Source of the DNA: Phoronis australis
Taxonomy: Eukaryota > Animalia > Phoronida
Direction: 5' to 3'
DNA length: 64,000 bases
Assembly: GCA_002633005.1 (NCBI GenBank)
Contig: NMRA01000307.1
Span: forward strand, 148,688 to 212,687
The notes under the pieces were generated by a model. That model was given only the letters and a program-made list of their open reading frames with translations. It was not told the origin of the DNA and made no database searches. The position numbers were made by a program, and so were the translations under genes. Below are positions 23,847 to 35,491 of the stretch, in pieces (positions within the stretch are counted from its first letter, which is position 1; every line of letters starts with the position of its first letter).

Positions 23847-25249
23847 TAACGTGATTCAATCAACAACAATTAAATTAATTTATCCTGTGCCCCATATTTG
23901 GTGAAACACTCTTTGGAGCGAATAACTCTTGAGTGATACCGTGTTCACTCACATCACCTCATATTTACAATAGGAGTTATCCCATATTTTCTGGAGGAAT
24001 TAAATGGTGACTATCCACTGATCACTTGCTATTAACACAGTTAGAGTTACTTATGGTCTGAGCTTTACAGTGATATTTTCTGAAGGGCAAAACTAACTGT
24101 GAATAAGGTGAGGCAAGAATTACCCATCAACAAGCCTTGTGCGAAATAAGTGAAGAAACATTAATAGTGAGTGTATGAAGTGAGGTGAGTATACGGATTA
24201 AGTTGGAGAGTTGCTGTATCATATTATAGTCTTTGAAATAAGGAAAAGAACGTAATAGTTTTTGCAATTAATAAAAGATTGCTTACTATAATATGTTAAA
24301 TTTTCTCAAGATTCCCGGTATGGTTTAAGTATAGTGATGGAGTCGCCTCATCATGACAAATTGCTGTCATGGTAATGGTATTGTAACTCCACCCTGTTAT
24401 GTTTCTTAATAGTCAGGTAGTCCACTTCCTTATCACACCCCTTATCTTCTTAATGTACAAAGATCAAAATGTCTCAGTTTACTGTTAAGAATGTACCCTA
24501 CCCATATGTATTAATGTCTGCTGCTTTTAAATGGTGGTGTACCAAGGTAGTTGTGGTACTATCTCTTCAGTTTCACATGGTATTTCTTAAATTGCAATTT
24601 CCACTTTTCAAGGACTGATAACTGTTGTTTATATACCAAAAATGTTACCAATCCTTTGTGCAAGGGTTGTTGGGCCTTCGAAATGCTGAAAATTCTGAGG
24701 GGTGCATTTATGTAGCTAAACATAGGAGTGGACCCAGATAAGTGCAAGACCATGAATATCCAACTGCATTATTATATGGGCTTATCTTTGAGAACCATCG
24801 TTTCAATTCATGTTTTTGGGTTTTTTTAATAGAACATGTGTTCCTTATTATTCATGATAAAACCAGGACCAAAAATAGTTCATTGATTGAACATTACAAC
24901 TGAAAGATTCATGGCCTCTTATCTGATTTATCGTACTTCAGATTGACTTTATCAGCAATCTGGAAACTCGTTATTACAAAAGTCACCTTTTTAGTAATTA
25001 GCAAAACCTTCAGTTACATGCAATGAATTCTTTATGAGACCTAAATCAATGAGATTCAGCCTTCAGTGTTAATGGAAAAAGTGGCTTGAAAATTAAAGGC
25101 GAGCTGTGTACACATGAGTCATGCAAGCAGATGATGATGTAGTTGAACTTTACTATTGTGTATTTGTAAAGGAGTGTCATTCAGTGCACACTATGAGGAA
25201 ACATTGTTTCATCATCTGTTACACCCAAACCTTAATGTTATGTGGGACC

Positions 25250-25700
25250 CTTAGATAAACGTCCAATTTTGTCCAACTTTGGAACATCATATCTCAGAAA
25301 TAGCTGGTAGGATTGACATGAAACTTTCAGGTACTATATCTTTATGAAATGTTCTTCAAAATGGAGATACGAATTGTTTTTTGTGCCACTGTTGCATGTG
25401 GAGCTATCACAAATACGATTTACCAGTACATGATTTTTGTGAAGAATGCTCTTAAGTTACATAAAACCAAAACGAAGTGATAATTTTGAAAACTGTTACA
25501 ATGTTTTTGAGATTTTATCTTGAACATTTCATCAAACCAAATTTGATCATTTCATTATGTTTTGCTGTGAATGCACCACTCCTTTTTGCTAAATTTTACT
25601 AAAAAGCAACATCATGTGACCTAATTAATGGCAGATTGGTACGAAGTCAAAAATCAAGTGCCACGTAAATTCTACTTTTGCTGAGTTCCATAGTTTTTTA
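25250..25700 (+). mobile_element. Interspersed repeat family C (DNA transposon relic)
   Basis: CTTTTTGCTAAATTTTACTAAAAAGCA...GTCAAAAATCAA matches the reverse complement of ~33061-33145. Confidence 0.55.
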
Positions 25701-25934
25701 GTTATTTGGTTGTATGTTCTGACTTTTCGATATGTCCTAGAATAGCTTACTTAGATTAAGTAAGGATTACGTATGTCTTTGTCCTGATTTAGTTGCTTTG
25801 CGTTTAAATGGGAGGGTCCCCGAAGTACAAAAGGACACTTGAATCTCTGATGCATCATCTGTCAAGCAGTTCTCTAGCCTCGTTTTCTCACCATTTAAGT
25901 TTCTCATTTATTTTTTGCAATGTCTTGCTTTTTC

Positions 25935-27730
25935 TATGCGCCCACATATTTGTATGTGGACGCATTATGCCGTCATCTGCGTCCGTCCAGGCGGCGTCCG
26001 TCTGGGCGGCGTCCATCCGACGTCCGGCGTCCGCTGCTCTATTTCCAAAACGGTTTGACGTATGTTCATGAAATTTTGCACGTGTTCCTTTTATTGATGG
26101 GACGGCATGAGCGAACTTTCGTACAGATCCGACGACGAGTGTGCCCCCTAGTGGCAATTTTTAGTTTTTTACGTTTACTTCTTTATCTTCAAAGGTCCTC
26201 CAGGTATTTTCATAAAATTTAGTATATAGGCATTTATTAGTAAGACTACGGCATCCTGCCGTTTTCGGATGGATTTGACATAGTTTGCGCCACCTAGTGG
26301 CCATTTTTACTGTTTTCGAGTCTGTTTTTTGACGTCCACCCTTCTGTCAACCAAACCGCTCTAAGTATGATTGTGAAAATTGGCATGTATGTTCTTACTA
26401 TGAAGAGGGCGGTGGACGATGATTTTCCGACGACTTTGACTACTGTGGCGCCTCCTAGTGGCAGTTTTGTTGTTTTGCGCCTTTGGCTATATCTCCTAAA
26501 GTGTTTGCAGCATCTTTACTAAATTTAGTAAATGCATTTATATGATATTGACAATGGATGACGATGACTTTCGGGCAGATCGGACAACTGGTGTGCCACC
26601 TAGTGGCAATTTTATTTTTTCACGTTTACCTCTATATCTTCAAAGGTCCTCAACGTAATTTCATAAAATTTGGCGTACAGGCTTCTGTTAGTGAGGTGAC
26701 ACTATCTTTTCCTTTTCAGATGGATTCGACCTAGTTTGCGCCACCTAGTGACCATTTTTACTGTTTTTGAATCTGTTTTTTGGCGTCCACCCATCTATCA
26801 ACCAAACCCCTTTCAGAATAATTGTGAAAATTGGTATGCATGTTTTTACTATGAAGTGGATCGCTGACGATGATTTTCCGATGACTTCAACTACAGTGGT
26901 GCCTCCTAGTGGCAGTTTCTTTTTTTGCACCCTTGGCTATATCTCCTAAACTGTATGCAGGATCTTTACTAAATTTAAGAAGTGTGTTTATATGACGTTG
27001 ACAACGGACGACGGTGATTTGGGGATGGATCTGACTACTCGTATGCCCCCTGTTGGCAATTTTAGTTTTATGTTTACCTCTGTATCTTCAAAGGTCCTCA
27101 ACAGATTTTCATAAAATTTTGATTACTGGCATCTATTGGTGAGATGATGCTATCGTCCCGTTTTCGGATGGAATCAAGGTACTTTGCACCACCTAGTGGC
27201 CATTTTTCCTCTTTTCGAGTCTGTTTTTTGGCGTCTACCTCTCTATAAACCAAATCATTCTAAGGATGGTTTTGAAAATTGTCGTATATGTTCTCAATGT
27301 GAAGAGGACGGTTGATGATAACGACTTTGTCTACTCTGTCGCTTCCTAGTGGTAGTTTTGTTTTGTTTTGCGCCCATAGCTGCCTCTCCTAAACCCACTG
27401 CAGGATCTTTATTAAATTTTGTAAGTTTATTTATATGAAGCTAACAACAGACAATGACGACTTTCAGGCGGTCCAATAAACACTGTGCCCCCTTGTGGCA
27501 ATTTCATTTTATTCTGTTTTCCTTTGTTTCTCTGAAGTTCCATGACTGATTTCTATGAAATTTGGTGGTTAGCTTTCTATTAAAGAAACAATGACATGGT
27601 CCCGTTTTCGGTTGGATTGTATGTTTTTGTACCATCTAGTGGCCATTTTTATGACACAAACAAGCAACCCTAAAAACACACCATTTGCGATGCATTCGTG
27701 GGCGCATTTCAATGCTCCGCATTGCTCTTG
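25935..27730 (+). mobile_element. Full-length HINE (Helentron-associated, DINE-1/pearl-like) element with an internal ~150-bp tandem array
   Basis: 5' subTIR TATGCGCCCAC plus partial IR GTGGACGCAT; GTCC/GCGTCC microsatellite at 25975-26035; 11 core modules; 3' subTIR GTGGGCGCAT (27698), hairpin CAATGC-TCC-GCATTG and T-rich flanks. Confidence 0.82.
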
Positions 27731-29369
27731 TTCAAGTTTTTCTCAACTGATCTGCCAATGCTAGCAAAGTTTTACTACTATGCTATGGGTTGCATCTCGG
27801 TTAAACTTGAAGAGTATCCGTGGATGCGATATTTTCTTATATCATTCTGAGATCCAGCCCAACATTTCTAAACTAATGCCATAGTAGCAAAGCATTTTCC
27901 TACCTCCAGGACAAATAAGACTTCTATCCGGACCTACCTGTTGGACCCATTATCTTTTGTGGCGACGTAAAATCTGACTGGTGCCTTGTTTCCAGAATAT
28001 TAGATGATGGAGTACTGTTTGTTGTACTTGATGTCTTCCCATATGTATTTCATGTTAATGTCTTCAATAGTTTTTCAATTTCCATGCCACAAATGAGGAG
28101 ACTGCAGTGTCATGTTTATGTTGGAGGGTACAGCTAAGGCTTTATCAATTTGGTTACATTATGCAAGGTTAGTTTGTCCAGCCAGGGGTTAAGTGGCCCC
28201 TCTGGGTACACTCTTTTCAGCTGTTGAACTTCAGATACCATGCTGATAATGCACTTGGGGAGACTGGTACGACCTCAATTTCATTAGATGAGTTCCCAGG
28301 TATTTTGAAAACCTGGGAATATTGCAGCAAAAAAATTAATATGAGCAATTTCCATAAATGGTCATCTCCCCAAGTATTCCTTCCGACTACTGACATACTG
28401 GTCTTTTTCTCATGCCTATTGGCTGACATTGTCACTATGCTAATCTTAATTGAGTAAATAAACAGTGACTTGAATCTGGTGGAATACAGAATACCTGGTA
28501 AATATTGTGTCCCACAGCTAAAATGTTCCTATTAAAATGTTACTGAAAAAAACAACTGTATTCAACTAAATATGTGTTGGAAGTTTGGGATTTTGGCTAG
28601 ACCTAATTAACCCTATACGGGACTTATGAAAGTGACCCCCCCAAGTCCCCCCACAACGGATTGGAAGTGCCAGCAGTATGTAGCTACTTGGTTCAGCTTT
28701 TTATGTAATTGCATCAATTCAACTATAATTCTTGTGATTTATCAACTTATTTATAAATAGAATTGGACGCATGGCTAAAAATGTTGATCACCTATGGTTA
28801 CTGGTTGTCCTGTTACAAGCGAAAGTATCGTCTTGACCGATGCTTCTCCCAGAGTCTAATCTTTGTTCTCGAAATTGAACCCAAAACTATTTTTGCCATT
28901 TTCTGTCCTAATTTAATTCAAACTTAAGATAAGTGTCTATTATTATCTATTGGACTGTTCATGGTTTATGTGGGTGACTATCTAATCCTAGTTGCACTTG
29001 ATGACCCTGGTATTAAAGCCAAAGCTTGAGTATGAGCTTGAAATTTCGAGTATTAACGAAAGTCTATAGCTTAAAGCTAAGGTTTATCAAGTGTGAAGTT
29101 GGAAAATGGCAACAATAGTTCCGTGTTCGATTGTGACCACAAAAGTTAGACTCTAGGTCCAGGTTAGGAGCTGGGACTGAGAAAAATTCTCAGGATCCTG
29201 TTCTGTTGTCCTGTTGCACTGTGCGATGATATTTGTATACTGTCAGTGACATTCAGATGAAAAGTGTTTCGGAATGGACTGGTTTACATCTGCTTACTTT
29301 GCTTACTTTTTTTATAACAACAGTTGGTGATGATGTTTTTTTCACTAAATATCAGTTTTCATTTTTCAG

Positions 29370-29420
29370 GTTTGTCTATTAATTAAAAGTGAACACTGGT
29401 GTAATCAAGAAAAGGAAAAG
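29370..29420 (+). other. Candidate 51-nt non-coding (5'UTR) exon of the EPS8-like gene
   Basis: TTTTCATTTTTCAG acceptor and AAG|GTATGT donor; no ATG inside. Confidence 0.4.
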
Positions 29421-30385
29421 GTATGTGTGTCTTGGGTGTTTCATCAATCTTTTACATGTATATGACCAGCATTGGACGGGTGTATGCAGCCTTATCTCGG
29501 ATATTCATGAAAGTTTGCAGACATTTTCATAGAAGTGATGACCTGAACAAATTTTTCCCACAGATTCAATTACCGCTATGCCCCTTGAGGCAATTTCTAT
29601 GAAATTTGGCAAATTGGTTTTTATTGAGAAGAGGGCAGATGTCACCTTCCCATTTTTAGGATGGATTCACAATATTCTCCATATTCAGCACCTCTCATCT
29701 GCCTCAGTATCTAGACCAAGTTCTTAGATGGTTTTTATGAAATTTGAAAGGTATTATCCTATTGGGGAGAGCATTGATTATCGGACAGACAAGACTATAG
29801 AGCTGGAATTAAGGGCCTGCAGGCTGACAATAGGACCTGAGATTTTGTTTGGCAATGTGTTTGAGTGATGTTAGTAGAGTTCAGTAGGGTTTCTTTTCAT
29901 TAATGACGGGATTCCTCCACTGATTTTGGGATGTCCTGCTTTTAGATATAGTATTTATAATTTGTTGAAATTGGTTTCTCCTGTTTAAAATTATGGTCGT
30001 CCTGAATGTATCGGTGACTGTGTTGCTCACTGTGGGTGTCTGCATTACTCTATAGTTACTAACATTTTATCACCCTGAATTGTGGGTTGTGCTTCTTAGA
30101 TTTAGGGTTACAGAGCACAGGCACATTGTATGTAATGCTCTATAGTAACTCCTGACAAGCTAGTACTCAAAGCAGTTGAATTGCCCATTGTGTGTATGGA
30201 ATGTGCTTCAGTCACCTATGTAATACTCTTTTCCACCCCATTATTTGCTAAGCTCCTCTCTGGGGCCTTTTGTAGCCTGACCTGGTCCACCAGGTCATGA
30301 ATATCTGAACACCTTTACATTAGTTGATCAATTGTTGAGAAGACAAGCTTGAGTGTATGGTGCGCCAGGTGCAAACAAGGAGTCT

Positions 30386-31397
30386 TGGTCTCTTGCGAGT
30401 TTCCAGTTATTCAATGTGACGTCACTGGAAGTTGGGCAAAACCCGCCATATTGCCCTTGTTTTGCCTGAGTCTAAATCTTACCCGAGTTGTTGAGAATTT
30501 TACGCTTAAAACGTTTACACAACTTAAGAGATGGTAGATGGACCGTGGAATAACTGTGAATGGAAGAATAAAAGGTGAACTTTTTATCTTATGCGAAGCT
30601 GTGAACGGACTAAAATTGTAACCTCGACCCGGACTAAGCCTGAATGCGCAAGTATACAGGGGTGACAGTATATCCCCATAAAAAGTGACTCATTTCAAAA
30701 TACAACAAATACAATCAAATGAAACATGCATATATGCACATGGAGTTATAATTTAAATTAACACGTACCATGACTCTGGATACACTTTAGTCAACAAATA
30801 ACTTGAACATATCAATGAAAATCTTGCGGTTCGCTCGAGTTTCTCTCACCGGCTGCCATTTTGAGAAAGTTATGTGAAATCACGTCTGCTGACAAACAAA
30901 AAGTCCTAGGGACACAAATCTTACAAATTTCACTTGATATATATCCCATATCTCATGCTATTTTGCAAGTGTCACGCGCCAGGTCACGCTATTCGCTCAG
31001 TCTCATGCTAGCTTTTGCCTCATACTCACCTGACTCAGTTGAAATACTTTGTGGTTATTGTATGCGCGGTAAAGAAATTAACGGTAACCAAAAAGTGGAT
31101 TTGAAATTCTTTGCCATAGTCACCTGAATTCTCGAAGCTATGCCTCATCGAAGATATGTTTAGCAAAAAGGACTGTTCACTGAAAGAAAGTAAGCGCTTT
31201 TGTAAGTGATAGTTTTAAGTGTAGAATGTATTTTTGATGAAACTCTTAATCAGTGAGCGGATTTTGCTTACCTCCCGTTTGAAATACACGGGACGAAATC
31301 AAATGGCCAAACGACAAGCTTTTGCCCTACTTCAGGTGACGTTACAGTTAAGTCTCACAGAATCTCACGTTATTGCTACTAACTCGCAAAAGGACTA
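30386..31397. mobile_element. Non-autonomous DNA transposon with TIRs T(A/G)GTC..TTGCGAGTT
   Basis: Left TGGTCTCTTGCGAGTT, right AACTCGCAAAAGGACTA; subterminal GTGACGTCACTGGAAGTTGGGCAAAA mirrored by TTTTGCCCTACTTCAGGTGACGTTAC. Confidence 0.6.
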
Positions 31398-33039
31398 TTA
31401 AGATTGAGGGAGAAGGGTGTGGAATTCTTCACTCATTCTCTGTTATGATAACTGCCCACTCTGTCCTATTTCTCAAACACTGAATAGCTAATACTGCAGA
31501 TGGCAACTTTACAAAATGCCCATTTATTGACACCTCCACACTACTCTCCAAACCAATGATACCCTAAAATTGACTTTTGGATATTTCTTTCTGTTGAAAA
31601 GCTTGAAGAGATAAAATTTCAGTTTTCCCAGACACATTACAGTCCTTCTTAATATAGTAATTCTGTTGTTTTGAACAAAATTCACATTTTTCAATTTCCC
31701 AAAGGCTGATTACCTTGCTGTAAATAACATTTACCAAATGTTCTCTGTCATCCAATATACTTGTAATGGACTAACATGTCCCTAATCTTTAATAGAATTT
31801 CACTTGACAGCCATACTGCAGGCAACTTAACCTTACTGCAAGGGACTACCCTAGGGGAAGACTCAGGGTACTCGACCATGTCTGTTTTAGATATTACTGT
31901 GCTGCAGGAGATTGGAATTATCAGGTCGCTAATTTTTTTTCCATCCATTTCCGATTCTTGTAGCGTTTCTTTCTGAACATTTAGAGGCTATCATGAGGTT
32001 ATTGGCAGATAGTGTAGCTTGGTGTAGTTGAAGACGTATAACGGATGGTGGGATGTTTTAGTTAAAAAACAGGCCCTGTTCAGGAGAATATTCAGGTATA
32101 AAGTACCCCGTTGGTATGCCTGATGAGGTAGACGATGTCACTGGACCAGAAAGGATCATAAACAGGTTTTAAAGTGCACATTAACTCATTGTTTTGTAAT
32201 CACTGTGCATTCTATGTCTTGTTAATGTGTTGTGCTAATATAGGTGCATCTCAATATCCAATCTGTTCAGTCTTTCTGTGCTTCCATTAATAGTCTCTGA
32301 ATTAACTACAGACATTTACCTAAAAAACAAAGGTCAAGTTATGTAAGACTGTAGAAAAATGTCTGAATTCATGGATCCGTATGAAATTTAGAGGATACTG
32401 TGCAGATGCATTAGTGTAAAACTTTGAATGTTCGTCTTTTGCCGGAGAGGCTGTCACATTTTAGAACTGATTTACGTATTAAATCAAAGCTGTAAAAAGG
32501 AAACAAATAATTAACTTCAGAAAACCTGTAACTGTGTTTTTGGGGTTTCTTGTTAGACATTTAGGTATATTTAGGCCGTTATCGTGCAATGTGCATTTAG
32601 CTAAATAACATCAAAACTATAAATTTTAAAACAGTTACAAGTATACTTTTTGTTTGACAGTTTAATACAAACTTGCTTGTAGTTTCTAAACAATCACTTC
32701 AGGCAGCGAAATAAACCGTGACAGGAGGTAGAGTGGCATAGAAGCAAAGGGTGTGAATGTGTCGCACAGTATGCTTGTATGCCCCTCTACCTGGTGCTGT
32801 CGTCCTTGATTTCAGTTTATAGCACTTCATATACGTTCATTTCACTCATTACCTGATGGTGAGACATGTGGTCTCAAAATATAGCTTGTGTTTTAATTTG
32901 TTTGTATGTTATGTCCCTCAGTGTTTTGCTACATAGCTGCACGCCCCCCGAAGACGAGACATTGTTTAGAGACTACCAGCAAGTTAGTAAGCTGTCAAAC
33001 AAAAAGTACAGCCATGTGTTCAATGAACTTTGCATTAAT

Positions 33040-33425
33040 GAAAAGTATAACCTCATAGAATTTGATTTTTGACTTTTTACCACTCATGAAATCAATTGGA
33101 GTCATTTGACATGCTTTTAGTAAAATTTAGCAAAAAAGGAAGGTACGTACATTGTTTGCAGAGCAGTGTTATCAATGTTCAAATCTCAAAAACATGTTTT
33201 CTAAATTAATTTTCTTTTTCACTTTATACAATTTTTGATTTTTTTTCGTGTAAATCATTTAGTCAATGTTTTGATATACCCTTATGTAAAATTGTTATAT
33301 TTTAAAACAAGCCCTAACAGTGGTTTGGAGAAGAGCACGCAAAGCTTAGTATGTGGTATAAGAATCTAATTGGAAATTAGTGAAATGTGATGTTCTGAGT
33401 TTGGACATTTTTTCTAGTGTCCTTC
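33040..33425 (-). mobile_element. Family C repeat, opposite orientation to 25250-25700
   Basis: Reverse-complement similarity to the 25250-25700 copy. Confidence 0.55.
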
Positions 33426-33545
33426 CTAATGAAGTGGTGGCGGAAGCTTTCACTTCTACTTGACTTTTTCCCAAAAATTCTTCAGTTTTGTGTTGGTTTA
33501 TTGGGGTAGATTTCCAATACGTTACTTTAAAGTTCCAAGCCTTTA

Positions 33546-35084
33546 TGCCCTTTCATACTGACTTAGCTATGGTGTGAGGGGAGCGTCATCGTCAAGTGCA
33601 ACAAAGTTAACTAAACCGTTCATATCGGCTTCGGTACTTAACGTACGTCAAAGTAAACGGCATGTGAGGCAGTTGTCATCGAATTAATCGCAAGGTAGCG
33701 CTGATGCATTGCGTTCATGCTAACAGTTTTTCAATGTTACAATTTGGGAATATTTACATGTGCTAATTAGCATAGAACTTACCGTTAACTCGCAAGTTAA
33801 CGCCCTGAGACAGGGGTGGGCACTTAAACCAAGAAATTTCAAAAAGTCGTTGAAGGTGTTTACCCAAGCAGTGGCCGCTTACGTCCAAATTTTAGCTGAA
33901 CTGGGCAAGCGTGCAGTGTGTTCATTCAAGTATACAAGTTGTAGGCCTAAGTTCAGTCAATCAGCGGAACCCGACTACCACAAAGTTTCTTACAACTTGA
34001 ACAGAAACAGGATTTCGACTTGAAAGGGTGATTTCGCAAAATGTCAAAATCTCAAACGTTTTCAAATATATTAGTGCGCTGCAAAATGTCATACCGCGTA
34101 ACTTTATGAAACTCGAATGGCAGTCCACTTACTATATCAACAAACACTGTTTCAGATCACTGAAGGTGCCGGATTTGGTTTCTTCAATTAAAACACGGAC
34201 AATTCGTTCCCGGCCCGACCTAAACTTTACAACTGCAACGAGAGCAAAATCACATGCTCCGTGTGTGGAATTCCAACAAGAGGGGGCTGGGATTAATTGC
34301 TCAATTCAAATCTGGGTCGACCCAGGAGATAACTCTAGCTGCGTGCGTACAACTTGTACGCGCGAATAAGTTCACAGTCTGATCGAGATCATTACTGAAC
34401 GATGACTAATCTCTTAGTAGCATAACGCCAGTTCTATAATAATCTACAGTGTTGGCCTATATTAATTTAACAAAAGACTAGTGAATATGTTTAATAAAAG
34501 GTAGTTGGATTTAAATTATTCCATAAATGTCGGCTAAAAACGCACTTTCTGTGACTATCATACGTAACCTTGCTGTTTCCCGCAAACATGGAAGTCCGAG
34601 CCCGAGACAAAACTGTGAACAAAAACACCAGTTCAAGCTCAAGTTTTTCTAGTGGTAAGTTGGGGATGGGCGATTACCCGAGAAGCGGAAATTTGCGTAA
34701 AGTGTGGGATGGGCGTTTACCCGAACATTGGGCGCTTCCATCGAAATTTTGCAAAAGTCGGGGGTGGGTGATTACCCAGGTTTGGGCATTAGCCAACGAG
34801 CTTATGGTATTTCTAATTCGATCGATTATTTGCGCAAAATATAAGCAACTATTAGCGATGACACTGCTCTTTAATTGTTGATGATATCAGTGGCCCCTGG
34901 TGATAATTTCGATGAGACCGAAGTTGACCGTTCATACTGCACCGCAGCATCGATGCTCCGCTGTTAAACCCACCTGTTTACTGAGAAGTTAACTGGCGCT
35001 GTTATCTTCGATCCAGGACCGAAGTTAACCGTTCATACTGACTGCAAATCCCCAAAACATCAACACGTCGACCTTACTATGAAA
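33546..35084 (+). mobile_element. Family B Harbinger-like MITE interrupted by a nested 1026-bp element
   Basis: TTA-TGCCCTTTCATACTG start; colinear with other copies on both sides of 33782-34807; right TIR eroded. Confidence 0.8.
33782..34807. mobile_element. TA-TSD (Tc1/mariner/pogo-type) non-autonomous element nested in the family B MITE
   Basis: TA duplicated at 33780-33781 and 34808-34809 relative to the empty site in the 23420 copy; imperfect TIRs CCGTTAACTCG..AACGCCC / GGGCATTAG..CGAGCTTATGG. Confidence 0.75.
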
Positions 35085-35399
35085 CATTGTGAGAGCAATT
35101 GAAAGCGACCCGGTTTTAAATTCTGGAGACCAACATGCAACAAGTTGATATGAACACTAAATGCAATTTCTGTCATTCACAGACATTTTGAGATTGAAAG
35201 TAATAGATATTTAGTCATGGTTTGTGCCTTGTAACTTTGATGAATTTAGACACTGTCCAGTTTATGTTGTAAATTACTATACCAAGAAAGTTTGTCTCAC
35301 CACATCGCTTCTGTAAACCATAATGGATCATTCATGTGTGACGCCACTTTCTTGCTTTCTTTTCTTCCAGTTCACGTGTTGTGTGGCTCGTCCCTCATT

Positions 35400-35491
35400 A
35401 TGCCCGGTGTCATGCATCGCAACGGAGATATGCAGTATGTCTGGCCAGCCACCAACATGAACGGTCATGATTTCGGCAGAAGGGACTCCAG
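35400..35491 (+). CDS. EPS8: EPS8-like first coding exon MPGVMHRNGDMQYVWPATNMNGHDFGRRDS (exon starts 35371)
   Basis: Long polypyrimidine acceptor ending 35370, GTACAC donor; phase 2 fits next exon. Choice of start ATG is uncertain. Confidence 0.7.
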
